Position numbers and translations under genes: made by a program. Under the pieces are notes generated by a model. That model ran no database searches. It was not told where the DNA came from and saw only the letters and a program-made list of their open reading frames with translations. Source: Octopus vulgaris (lineage: Eukaryota). From it: a DNA stretch of 64,000 nucleotides. Below, piece by piece: positions 39,537 through 52,689 of this stretch (its first letter is position 1; each line of letters starts with the position of its first letter). Location: positions 79,422,001 to 79,486,000 of the forward strand of contig OX597824.1 of NCBI GenBank assembly GCA_951406725.2, in the 5' to 3' direction.

Positions 39537-39845
39537 GTCATTGCCTCCATGAAGCCCAACACTCAAAAGGAACTTGGCCACTTTGCCTCCATCAGGCCCA
39601 ACACTCGAAAGGAACTCAGCCACTTTGCCTCCATGAGGCCCAATGCTTGAAAGGAACTCAACCACTGTGCCTCCATCAGGCCCAACTCTTGAAAGGAACT
39701 CAGCCACCTCATTTCCGTGAGGCCCAATACTCGAAAGGAACTCAGCCACTATGCCTCTGTCGGGCCCAACTCTCGAAAGGAACTCAATCACTATGCCTCC
39801 ATGAGGCTCAATGCTTAAAAGGAACTCAGCCACTTTGCCTCTGTG
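39537..39845. repeat. ~41-bp minisatellite, about 7 copies, within an RTE-type 3' region
   Basis: Unit CCACTTTGCCTCCATGAGGCCCAAyrCTyGAAAGGAACTCAG. Confidence 0.9.
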
Positions 39846-39937
39846 GTAAAGGTTGATTTTTTACATGCCTTCAGCATGAGTGCACTTGGCTTGACAGGTC
39901 CTCTTAAGCAGAGCATGTGCAGAAATATACACCATAC

Positions 39938-39972
<35 letters not shown>

Positions 39973-40614
39973 TAGACAGACAGATAAACAGAAAGACAGA
40001 CAGAGAGAGACAGAGAGAAAAGGGGAGAAAGAACGGGAGAAAGAGATGGAGAGAGAGAGGGGAGAAGATAGTGAGGGTGAGAGAGAGAAAGAGAGTAAAT
40101 GAAAGAAACATTAAAATGTCTGATGTCAAATAAGTCAGCATCAAATGAGTGATGTGAAATTGGTGGTGCCTGAACAGCTGTGCTAAAATGTCACATATCC
40201 AAAAATTATGGTAGAAGTAATGTGCAACTTGCTAGATCAGAGGGAGTGAAATAGCAAGGATTCTCAACATAGAACAGGGAAAAAAAAACACAAAAGACAG
40301 TATTGATGGCTCTCCCTTAATTAATAGGAGTGATAAGTAAGAGAAAAATTTAGCACCCTTTCACATTTGCATGGATTAGATTAGACTTGATGACCAGAGT
40401 TGGTTCTTAATTAGAAGTTACTGCTCTCCTAGATGGTTTGAAGGACCACCACATCTTACTCCTTATACATTTTATTTTTTACTTGGTTTTTATAAATGGA
40501 GTCCCTTCCTATAACCAATCACTTTATAGAACATATATTCATTTTTTTCTAAAAATTATAGTTAATAAATAAATTATAAGTATTTTAAAATAGGGAGTTA
40601 CTTTTCAATCACCT

Positions 40615-40629
<15 letters not shown>

Positions 40630-40651
<22 letters not shown>

Positions 40652-41215
40652 TAATGGTGTCAGGTAATGCTGAATAAGTGCTATAGACAGACCATAGTTA
40701 AGTTCCAGATTCAGTAATATTGCGAATAAAGGGTTCAACGTTACTTCTATGTCAGTGTGTGTATATAAGAATTTTTTGAGTAATAAGATATAAAAACCAA
40801 GGCTGTGTAGATATGAGAGCATTTATAGATAAGTCTTACAGCTGTTTCTGGGATATTTATTAATAATATCCCTTTATTGGAGACGGTGTGAGATGATAGT
40901 TAAGTCATAGTTAGTTTAGATGTGATACAAAATAGAGAGTGATGAGGAGGAAAGAAAATAGATGCAAGATATGTATGGGTATTGAAGTTGTAAATCCATT
41001 TTATAGGCAAAATGGTATATATGCAGTATTCCAATATCCTATGTGTAAAGTCCAAAAGTCCAACAGAGTTTAATATGAGTCCTTCCAAATATAGAGTTTA
41101 TAAGCAATGTAAGATTCTCTTAGGAGTGAGATCCAGCAGATTTTTAAACTTGGTCATTCCCAGTAGAGAATTTATATACAGTGTTGCAGAGTCAAAGGTA
41201 TGTATTTAAATACAA
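40630..41215 (-). mobile_element. Penelope-like fragment with a decayed hammerhead (40833-40884)
   Basis: GTCT-CCAATAA-a-GGGATAT..ATATCCC-a-GAAA-CAGCT-GTA-AGAC. An upstream frame TFDSATLYINS resembles a Penelope RT motif. Abuts (TA)n. Confidence 0.55.
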
Positions 41216-41229
41216 ACCTTTGAATATCT

Positions 41230-42445
41230 CTTTAAACCTCTTTAAATACAAACCTCAGAGCATTATCCACCATTGCTAATTTGCTCACCTATTTAACAGA
41301 AACTATCCACAACCTCAAGAGAGCCTCCTGGGCATTTGAGAGAATCTAATTCCTATGTGCTCTTAGTGCTTATTGTTCCTGCACATCTGTCACACACAAA
41401 GACTACTCTATCAGTTAATCTACCTGTGATTCCACTGCATCTCTTATGTATCCATAGTTTACACTGGGTGCAGCAAATGGAATTTCTTCCAACTCCTTTC
41501 CTGCATAAAAAGCAGGGCCATTTACCTGACAGAAAGAAAGTTTTATCTTCTTTCTTACTAACAACCACTTTTGTCTTAGCTAGGTTAACTTTAAGGCGCT
41601 TTGATTCCAGGTTTTGTTTCCATACCTGGAATTTTTTCTCCAATTCTACTAAAGATTCTGCAATAAGAGCAAGGTCATCAGTGTATAGTAGTTCCCACGA
41701 GCACCCAGTTTTGAATTACTCTGTTATGGCCTGGAGGACTATAATGAATAAGAGTGGGCTGAGAACTGAGCACTGGTGAACCCCTACCTGAACACTAAAC
41801 TCATCACTGTATTCATGGCTGACTCTCACCTTACTCTCAACACCACTGTACATGGCTTGTACAGTTCTAACAAACCACTCCTCTACTTCAAACTTCATTA
41901 GAGACCATCATATAACAGAGCGGGGAACTCTGTTGAAAGATTTCTCCAGGTCAACAAAGGCTAAGTACAATGGTTTACTTTTGACCACATACATTTCCTG
42001 CAGCTCTCTCATGAGGAAGATGTCATCTGTGGTACTCTTCCCAGGCACAAAACCAAACTGCATCTCATCTAATTTAATTCTATTTCTAATCAATTGACCT
42101 ATAACCCTCTCAGTAATTTTCATGACTTGGTCTAGCGGTTTAATACCTCTGTAGTTGTTTCTATCTAAGACATCACCTTTACTCTTATAGCAGCTAACTA
42201 TAATACTTCTATACCAGTCGTTGGGGATGGTGCCTTCTTGAAAAACCTGATTAACTATAAAGGTGACTAAGCTGTATTCTATGTCACCGAAAATTTTAAT
42301 CATGTTGGCAGGAATTCCTGATAGCCCAGGGCTTTCCTTGTCTTGTGTCCTTAATTGCCTTATCAATTATGCTGTTATTAACTGTGATGGTTGGTCCCTC
42401 AACTGGTTCGATATTTGGTATTTGGTAAACTCTCCTTCTCCCATT
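41230..42445 (-). pseudogene. RTE-clade LINE RT fragment with an internal C4HC3 zinc finger
   Basis: NYRGIK, DEMQFGFVPGKSTTD, AFVDLEKSFNRVPR, HQCSVLSPLLF, VNLAKTKVV and CFLC..CTQCKLWIHKRC..CDRC. Confidence 0.92.
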
Positions 42446-42489
42446 CATATACATACATATGTACATACATACATACATACATACATACA

Positions 42490-42542
<53 letters not shown>

Positions 42543-42598
42543 TCTCTTATATGTTTCAGTCCAATGACTGTGGCCATGCTGGAGCAACATACACACAC

Positions 42599-42712
<114 letters not shown>

Positions 42713-43636
42713 TGTGTGTATCTTTGTGTCTGTTTATCTATATTTGACAAGTGGTGCTGGTGTGTTTATATCTCCACAACTTAGCAGTTCAGCAAAAGAG
42801 AGACTGATAGAATAAGCACCAAACTTTGAAAAAATATAAGTACCTGGGTTGATTCATTCTACTAACAACAGTTCAAGGCTGTGCCCCAGCATGGCCGCAG
42901 TCTAATGACTGAAAGAAGTGAAAGATACTTTGTTTGCTGCATTTGTTCGAAGAATGTAGCTGGAAACAGGAAACAAACAACAGGTGGTTATTACAAAAAC
43001 AGACAATGATGTTAAAGATGTTGCCATGGAAACAGATAGTTGCCATCCTCAGTTAGACCACCAGCATAGTAAAGTGCATAGAAGAAAGATGATGAATAGG
43101 AGAATAGGAGAGCAGAAATGAATGTCAGAGAGATGGGCAGGTCAGGTCATCCCTAGTTACACGGAAGTATGGCAGAGTGGAATAGGAGAGATCAATTGCC
43201 ATCCTCAGATAGACCAACAGCAGAGTACACTGCCATAGAGGAAATGATAAAGAAGAAAATGATTGATGGAGAGATGAGAAGGTTTCAACGAAGCGAGGGA
43301 GGCAGCAGGTGCAGACTTAACTAGGACTGTCAGGTGACAGACCCAAATATATATTTCTTTATTGCCCACAAGGGGCTAAACATAGAGGGGACAAACAAGG
43401 ACAGACAAAGGGATTAAGTCGATTACATCGACCCCAGTGCAAAACTGGTACTTTATTTATCGACCCCAAAAGGATGAAAGGCAAAGTTGACCTCGGTGGA
43501 ATTTGAACTCAGAACGTAACGACAGACGAAATACCACAAAGCATTTTGCCCAGCGCACTAACATGTCTCAGTCTCTGTTATTACCATAACTTTTTAACAC
43601 TCATTTCACCTTGCTTACATGGGTGAGTACATAAGA

Positions 43637-43975
43637 AGGTGCATGGCTCAATGGTTAGAGCATCAAGCTCACAATCATGAGGTACTGAGTTCATTTCCTG
43701 GACCGGGCTGTGCTGTGTTCTTGACCAAGACACTCTATTTCAAATTTCTCCAGTTCACTCGGCTGTAGAAATGAGTTGCAATGTCACTGGTGCCAAGCTC
43801 TATCAACCGTTGCCTTTCCCTTGGATAACATCAGTGGCATGGAGAGGGGAGACTGGTATGCATGGGTGACTGCTGGTCTTCCATGAACAACCTTGCCAGG
43901 ACTTGTGCCTTGGAGGGGAATTTTCTAGGTGCAATCCCATGGTTGTTCATGACTGAAGGGGGTCTTAATCCTTTA
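43637..43975 (+). mobile_element. tRNA-derived SINE (further family)
   Basis: Head GGTGCATGGCTCAATGGTTAGAGCA...GAGTTCATTTCC, then TGTTCTTGACCAAGACACT and CCAGTTCACTCGGCTGTAG. A related copy lies at ~55290-55494(-). Confidence 0.75.
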
Positions 43976-46849
43976 CCTTTTTTCGTGGATGAGTGGGTCT
44001 TCTCCAGCCTTGCATTTCACCAATCATCTTGATCCTTTGTAATTTCTTGTGTGAGGAGCAGCATCCTGAAATCAGTCTTCATTTCATCTCATAAAATACT
44101 GGGTCTTTCTCCCTCCGCTATTTCTTTTCCTCTCTCTCTCTCTTCCTCAAGTTCCAATCACTTTGAAAACCCTGCACTCTACATACATGCATCATCTATC
44201 ATAGGAATCACATGTCCATATCAGCACAGTCTTTACCCTTATGCATTACATTTGATTCCTTTTACATCCAGTTTTTCTGTCAACTCATTTGTATTCTGTC
44301 ATCCATATCTACTAAGTGTTACACATTCGCCTGAGTACCCACACTTCATTTCTTTCTCATCTTTGCAAATCCCCTGCATTCAAGGCCAATTATATCTCAC
44401 TAAAACCCTGCTTGCGAAGACCTGTTGAGGCAAGTGAAATCAAATCAAAATCAAAATCAAAATCAAATGATGACTGGCGTCCGTGCTAGCGAGGTGCAAA
44501 GAGCGCCATATGAGTGTGATCATTGACAGAGTGGCTAACCGGCTTCCATGCCAGTGGCACTTAAAAGGCACCATTCGAGCGTGATCGTTACCAGCGTCGC
44601 CTTGCTGGCACTTGAGCCCCGTGCTAGTAGGGTATTAAGAGCACCATCCGAGTGTGATCATTGCCAGAGCGGTTATCTGGCCTCCGTGTTGGTGGCACAT
44701 AAAAGACACCATCCGAGCGTGATTTTTACCAGCATCGCCTTACTGGCACCTGTGCCGGTGGCATGTGTAAAAGATTCGAGCGAGGTCATTGCCAGTACCG
44801 CCTGACTGGCCACGTACCGGTGGCACGTAAAAGCACTCACTACTCTCTTGGAGTGGTTGGCGTTAGGAAGGGCATCCAGCTGTAGAAACTGCCAGATCAA
44901 GATTGAAGCCTGGTGCAACTATCTGGTTTGTCAGCCCTCAGTCATTCATCCAACCCATGCTAGCATGGAAAGCGGACGTTAAACAATGATGATGATGATG
45001 AATATGCAGCATCACCATTCATACACAAGCATCAAACAAACTGCTTTTCACTTAAAGAAAAAAGTTCTTTGTTATCGGATGCTCTAATAGCTTCCTGGTT
45101 CTTACTCTGGCTACTATAATTTTGGAACTCCAATAGCCACTGCTAATTAGGTCACAGAAGTAATAAAAGCTTTCAACTACAACTAAGATGCCTTCTAGGC
45201 ATTTGAAAGAATCTATTTCCCAAGTACTCTTTGTGTTTATTACTCCTGTGCTTCAGCTGTATACATAGTTTGCTTTCTCTGTTAGCCTGTCTATGATTCT
45301 ACTGCACCTTTTGTGTGACCGTACTTTACATGGGGTAAAGAATTATTACCTATTTCTTTCCTGCACATCAAGCAGGGCCATTTCCCTGAAGATAGTATAT
45401 AGTCTTGTCAACTTTCCTATTCATCAATATTTTAGTCTTTGCCAACTTTGAAGTTTCTTGGTTCTAGGTTTTACTTACAGATCTGGAATTTCTTCTATAA
45501 TTCTTATTTCTTTACTGCCCGCAAGGGGCAACACACAAAGGGGACAAACAAGGACAGACAAAATGGATTAAGTAGATTATATCGACTTCAGTGCATAACT
45601 GGTACTTATTTAATCGACCCTGAAAGGATGAAAGGCAAAGTCGACCTCGGCAGAATTTGAACTCGGAACGTAGTAGCAGAAGAAATACCTATTTCTTTAC
45701 TACCCACAAGGGGCTAAACACAGAAGGGACAAACAAGGACAGACAAATGGATTAAGTCGATTATATCAACTTCAGTGCATAACTGGTACTTATTTAATTG
45801 ACCCTGAAAGGATGAAAGACAAAGTCGACCTTGGTGACAACATGTTCATCTCTGAGAACTAAATTATTGGTAAACTGGTATCCTCACAGGGAGCTTGTCT
45901 TAAATTCCTTTCATGTGGTTTTGAGGACTGTGGTAAATAGAAGAGGACACAGAACTGAGCACTGATAGACATCTACCCATATACTACATTCAGTGCTGTA
46001 CTCACAAATGTATGTATGTATGTATGTATGTATGTATGTATATATGTATATATGTATGTATGTATGTATGTATATATATGTGTATTAATGATTGTTTTTA
46101 TGCCAAGTTATGTATAAAAACAATTTAACTTTAAGATGAAAGATTACTCAGTACTTTTTAGTAGAGTACATGTTTATCAAACATTTACAAGACGAAGGGC
46201 TGGCAGTGATTTGAAGTCTCAGTATGATTGCCCTCGTCAGACTGTATGTGTGATTGTGTGCGCATGTGTGTACGTGTGTGTGTGTGTGTGTGTGTGCATG
46301 TGTATCTGCAACTGTATTGCCATTAGATGAAAGAAAATTGAACCCTCAAACAAAAGTATGCAGAAGTGTCTCTATCTGTCTTGCTTAAAATCTTGTTTAT
46401 GTCCAGTTGACTTCAACATTCACCCTTTAAGTTTAAGGAAATATGTACTGAATAAAATATTAGGATTGATTTTATTGACCAACTATAACCTTGAAGGTTG
46501 TGGACTGGCCCTGAATTACTGCACTCTGTTAACTGAAACCAGTAAAAGAGTAACAGAATCATAAGATAGTGGGCAAGCTGGTGACACAATATTTAATATA
46601 TTGTAACATAAGATAGTGAAAGTAGGAAATGTAGAAAGGGAAAGATACAAGAAGGAAACAAGTCAATATTGGTGTTTTTGTTATTGTTGTTGTTGTTGGT
46701 GGTGGTGCTGCCATTGAATGCATACTGTCAATGGTCATGTTCTTTAGAGAATATCATGAACTTTTTACATAAACTAGCATCTTCTGTGTGTGTGTGTTTG
46801 TGTGTGTGTGTGTATAACATGCATATGAAACAACTATGTCACTTTATAT

Positions 46850-46897
46850 ATATGTGTGTGTGTGTACATGTCTTTGCGCACACAGTGTTGATATTTC

Positions 46898-46963
<66 letters not shown>

Positions 46964-47259
46964 GTGTATGTGTACATATATACATATATATATTTATACA
47001 TATACATATGTATGTATATATTTATACATATACATACATATATATATGTATGTATATAAGTATATATGTATATATATATATATTTACACACACATACATA
47101 TATATATATCCATATATATATGTATATATATATATATATTTATACATATACATACATATATATATACATATATATATGTATGTGTATATATATATATATG
47201 TATAAATATATATGCATATATTTATACATATATACACCTACATATACATACATATATAC

Positions 47260-47294
<35 letters not shown>

Positions 47295-47509
47295 GGGATA
47301 CACGCATACACATATATATACATACATACATAAACACACACATATATATAAAAGTCCATATATATATTCATAATATGTAATTACTTTTCATTATCTCCTA
47401 GACGTTTCTATTTATATATATGTATGTATGTGTATGTGTGTATATATATATGTGTGTGTATACATATATATATACACACATACACACATATATATATAAT
47501 ATATATACA

Positions 47510-47575
<66 letters not shown>

Positions 47576-47820
47576 TATGTATACACAAATAAACATGTGT
47601 GTATGTGTATATATACACATAGATATACACACATATATATATATATACACACACACACACTGATACATATGCATACATACTTTTACACATACACACGTGA
47701 GTGTATCTATTTATATTCATGTGTGTTTGTATTCATAAGATAAAAAAGCATATATATGCATACACGCACATGTGCATATACATATGGAGATTATATATAT
47801 ATATAGATAGATATATAGAC
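46850..47820. repeat. (TA)n/(CA)n/(TACA)n low-complexity tract
   Basis: Direct reading. Similar tracts at ~10545-10960, 16230-16580, 42445-42720, 49975-50510, 56830-57180 and 60660-61100. Confidence 0.95.
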
Positions 47821-48009
47821 AGAGGGGGAGAGGGAGAGAGAAGAAGTGAGAGAGTGGGGAAAGAGAAGTGGAATGAGACAAAATACTGCTTCCCTCAAGG
47901 AAACGGGGTAAGTGCTGTGTTTAAATAAGGCGACTCCAAGATATTGGTAAATGATAAAATTGTTCCTGCATTCTTTGAAGTTTTGAAGTCTTTCATCTTC
48001 TAAACTATT

Positions 48010-48899
48010 AACTCTCTTTCTCTCACACTCTTCCTCACTTTTAGTCCTCCTTAATCTCTCTCTCTCTCTCTTTCTCTCAGTTTTTTTGCAATCTCTTCTT
48101 CTTGCTCTTTTTCAATCTCTCTCTCTCTCTTTCTCTCTCTTTTTGTTTGTAATATCGCTTTCTCCTTCTCTATCCCTCCTTTTCCCTCTCTCTCTTTCTC
48201 TCTCTCATGTTCTCTCTCAATATCTGTGTTGCAATCTTCTCTCTCTCTTACAGACTATTATCTTTCTCTTTCACTCACAAACACTCTCCCAATGAATCTT
48301 CCTTGATTTCAAATTGTCTCTCAGTATCTTTCAACCTCTCTCTCCCTCCTCTCTCTCATACAATATTCCTTAATCTCTCTCTCCCCTCTCTCTCTCTCTC
48401 ATACAGATTATTATCTCTCTCTTTCACTCACAAACACTCTCTCACTCAATCTTCTTTGATTTCAGATTGTCTCTCAGTGTCTTTCAGTTTCTCTCTCTCT
48501 TTCTCTCTCTCTCAAAATTTCCATCTCCTTTAATCTCTCTTTCTCTATCTCTCTCTTTCCTTCTTTCTCTCTCTCTCTCTTTCTCTCTCTCTCAAAATTT
48601 CTATCTCCTTTAATCTCTCTTTCTCTATATCTCTCTTTCCTTCTTTCTCTCTCTCTCTTTCTCTCCCTCTTCTCTCTCTCATACAGACTATTATCTCTCT
48701 GTTTCTCTCACCGAATTGTCACTCAGTATCTTTCAATCACTCTCTCAAAATTTCCATCTCCTTCAATCCCTCTCTTTCTCTCTCTCTCTCTCTCTCTCAC
48801 TTTCACTCACAAACACTCTCTCACTGAATCTTCCTTGATTTCAAATTGTCTCTCAGTATCTTTCAATCACTCTCTCAAAATTTCCATCTCCTTCAATCC

Positions 48900-48950
<51 letters not shown>

Positions 48951-49762
48951 TCATACAGACTCTCTCTTTCACTCACAAACACTCTCTCACAGAATCTTCC
49001 TTGATTTCAAATTGTCTCTCAGTGTCTTTCAACCTCTCTCTCTCAGAATTTCCATCTTCAATCTCTCTCTCTCTCACACTCCTCTTTCTCTCTCTTTCTT
49101 TCTCTCTCTCTTCTCTCTCATTATCCTCCTTCACTTTCTCTGTCTCACTTCTTTCTATCTCCTGCTCTCTCTCTCTGTCTTGCTCTTTCTATCTCCTGCT
49201 CTCTCTCTCTGTCTTGCTCTTTCTATCTCCTACTCTCTCTCTCTCCTTCTCCCTGTCTCTTATGCTTTCTCTCCAACTCTTTCTCCTCCTCATTCTCCCC
49301 CCTTTTCTTCTTCCTTTTCATTCACTTTTCCTTCAGGACCATCTTTCAAAAAGCTTTGTAATTTTTAAAATTGTTTTAATGTATTTATTTTCTTCTTTCT
49401 TTTTCACATTTTTCCTTCTTCAAAAAGAAATTGTATAAAATAGAAAGAATGATATTTTCCCCTTTTCCCTCTTTCATATTTCTCTTTCTTTCATTCACAA
49501 CTTGTTTTATTTTTCTTAAATTCTTTCTTTCTTACATTTGTTTTTCTTTCTTCTTTCCTTCTATTCCTTCCTCCCTTCTGTTTTTCCTTCTTTCTTTCTT
49601 TCTCTTTTTTCTTTCTTTCTTTCTGTCTTTCATCATTCTATTCATTCATTCTTTTTTCTTAACTTCTTTCTTTTTTCGTTCTTTCTTTCTCTTTCCTTAA
49701 CTTCTTTCTTCCTTCCTTTCTTTCTTTCTTTCTTTCTTTCTTCCTTCCTTCCTCCTTCCTTC

Positions 49763-49797
<35 letters not shown>

Positions 49798-49800
49798 TCG
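48010..49800. repeat. ~1.8-kb polypyrimidine tract with internal repeated blocks
   Basis: Strongly C/T-biased plus strand. Block CTTTCACTCACAAACACTCTC..AATCTTCCTTGATTTCAAATTGTCTCTCAGT recurs at ~48265, 48420, 48800 and 48965. Confidence 0.92.
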
Positions 49801-49987
49801 TTGTTGTTAAAGATACAATGAAGGTGAAAGTTAGCTTCGAATTGTGAAGACAGTGAGAAAGAAAATGGGTCGGGTGTGGGGTGTGGGGTGTGGGACAGAA
49901 ATGAAGAACAAAAATGGATGGAAGTTAGAAATGTGTCCTATTAATGATCATAATAACAATAAGAACAGATGATGTGTCTGTGTGTGA

Positions 49988-50037
<50 letters not shown>

Positions 50038-50090
50038 ATATGTATTGTTTCAATATATACATATTATATACACACACACACATATATACA

Positions 50091-50128
<38 letters not shown>

Positions 50129-50212
50129 TATACCTACACACATACATATATGCATACAAACATATATACATACATAAACGCATGCATACATACATAAACA
50201 CACATACATACA

Positions 50213-50246
<34 letters not shown>

Positions 50247-50335
50247 CATACATATATATGCCCAAGTGTGCATGTATATGAATGCATACATACATACATA
50301 TATATATATATGCAATCATGCATAAACATACACAG

Positions 50336-50366
<31 letters not shown>

Positions 50367-50971
50367 CATTTATGCATGCATATCATTTGTACACACACAC
50401 ATGCATACGTGCACATACACACACACACACATACTCACGCAGACACTCACACACACAGACACTCACACACACAGACACTCACACATACAGACACACACAC
50501 ATATATACAGACCTACTTGAAACAAACACATCTACTTGATATAAAATGGATATTACTCACAGGAAAAAAAAACTACGTAATTTAACATTCTTCTTAATTT
50601 ATATAATAATTGAACTTATCATCCACATGGAAACTACTTGTGCTATTTTTTCCTATGTTCCCATTGAAGTGACTTAATTTAGTTGCATAAGCATTTAACT
50701 CTGTCATGACCTTCTTTTAAATGAATCACTCTGTCTTGCGTTCTTAGCTTTGAATATAATCAAAAATTTGATTGGACGCACTAAAATAAATTCTGCATTT
50801 ATTTTGCAGGTGTGACTATGCAACTATGCACTTGAAAAGATTGCTTACCAACTATTTGGTCTTCAGTTATGTCCCAGTGGGGGGGCTGCACTTTGGGCAA
50901 ATGCAGAGACAAAATCCTTCAGAGTGGATTTGGGAGAGGAAACTGAAAGAGGTCCATTATATAAATATGTG

Positions 50972-51019
<48 letters not shown>

Positions 51020-51476
51020 ACCACTCTCGGAGTGGTTGGCGTTAGGAAGGGCATCCAGCTGTAGAAACACTGCCAGATCTGACTGGCCTGGTGCAGCCTT
51101 CAGGCTTCCCAGACCCCAGTTGAACCATCCAACCCATGCTAGCATGGAAAGCGGACGTTAAACGATGATGATGATGATGTGTAGGGAGAATTCACAAAGA
51201 AACAAAAGACGAAGACAGGTGGTGTAGACAACAAACAGATGTATTAGTATAATACTCAGGAAGTGAAAAAGTCTTTAATGTTTTGAGCCTATGCTCTTCT
51301 ACAGAAAGGAACACAGAAAGAAACAAGGTGAGAAAATAAAATATATATATATATATATATATATAAATTTAAAACAATAAAGGTGAAAAATTGAATATTA
51401 ATTTGATTAATATCAATTTAAAATCAAGGGTCTAGCATATAAAAAAATCTGAAGATTCAGAAAAATTATATTTCAT

Positions 51477-51630
51477 ACATATAAGTGGGATGACCACTAA
51501 GTGGACATCCATATGCTAGATGTCGACCCTCTTTGGTTTTACCACTAAGAACATTTCTTTCTTAGTGGTAAGACCATAGGGGGTTGACTTCTAGCATATG
51601 GATGTCCACTTAGTGGTCGTCTCTCTTATA

Positions 51631-51633
<3 letters not shown>
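51477..51633 (+). repeat. Near-perfect hairpin with ~75-bp arms and a 7-nt loop
   Basis: 51477-51551 pairs with 51559-51633; eight non-Watson-Crick positions. Confidence 0.92.
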
Positions 51634-51668
<35 letters not shown>

Positions 51669-51831
51669 CACTCTCGGAGTGATTGACATTAGGAAGGGCA
51701 TCCAGCTGTAGAAACTTTGCCAGATCAGATTGAGCCTGGTGCAGCCTCTGGCTCACCAGTCCTCAGTCAAACCATCCAACCCATGCCAGCATGGAAAACA
51801 GACATAAAACGATGATGATCATGATGATGAT

Positions 51832-52459
51832 TGCAGTAGGTAGCAGTGGTCACTTTAACCCCTTCAGACACCCTGATTGAGCCAACAAGTCTGTCCCCAA
51901 TGATACCAGCCCACAACATGACTTCTCCGCCCTGTTGTTGACATTGTAAACATTGGTGATGCTCATCCCCAAAACAGACCCCACCATTTGCCCAATTGTC
52001 AGGTCTGTCAAGGGTTGCCCTGGTTTCATCAGAGAACAGAACACAACACATGTCTAACATTATGTACTTTTGGGCCCATTGAAACCTCAAACTCCTGCGA
52101 TGGAGCATCAAATGAGGCAGTTTCAGGGGGTTCTCACACAGAAGCCATGGTCCCACGGATATGATTTCTGGTGGTTTTCAGTACATGAGGAAGCCCAGAA
52201 GTGATGAAAATGGCATTGCTTGTTTGTCCAGGTTTCCCACATAACTTGCGACCAATATTCCTTAAATTCCTAGCTGTCACAGTCTTGGAGGTCCTACAAT
52301 CGGATCATTTCTTCCTTGGCGAAGGGTCCTTCAGGAATCGTCAAACCATGTCCACATGATATCCAACATCCCTGTAATGACATAAAGAGAGGTGCCTTTA
52401 GCACTTTCCTTGATGACGACAGACTTTTCTTCATCTTTAAGGCTTTTTCCACGTCCCAT
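51832..52459 (-). pseudogene. Decayed Tc1-like transposase (N-terminal HTH to first catalytic Asp region)
   Basis: ATG at 52459 reads MGRGK..; then RFQWAQKY..VLFSDETRATLDRPDNW..GGEVMLWAGIIG. Frameshifted and cut by a retroposon. Confidence 0.85.
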
Positions 52460-52689
52460 TGTTCTTAGAGAGAAGATACGCTATTTGTGTGGTTCACTCA
52501 AAAGCTGAAGAATCTGAAATAAGAAAGAAAGGATGTTACACAGAATAAAGGAAAGATAACAACGGTGTTGCCATAGTGTGCAAACTTGCTGGAAAAAGTT
52601 TTTATCAAAATCGATTCACAGAAAACTGAGAAATCCTAAATTTCATTCCTAAGCTATTAGTGTGGTTCTGGGTGTACAAATCCACATCT

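Noticed and set aside
46669-47928. Many YI/HT/CV-rich ORFs here and at 10.5, 16.2, 42.5, 50, 57 and 60.7 kb
   Set aside because: Translations of (TA)n/(CA)n microsatellites.
51271-51308. Possible decayed hammerhead (GAAGAGC-atag-GCTCAAAAC on the minus strand)
   Set aside because: Both core boxes are altered and stem I is unclear; too degenerate to call from this copy alone.
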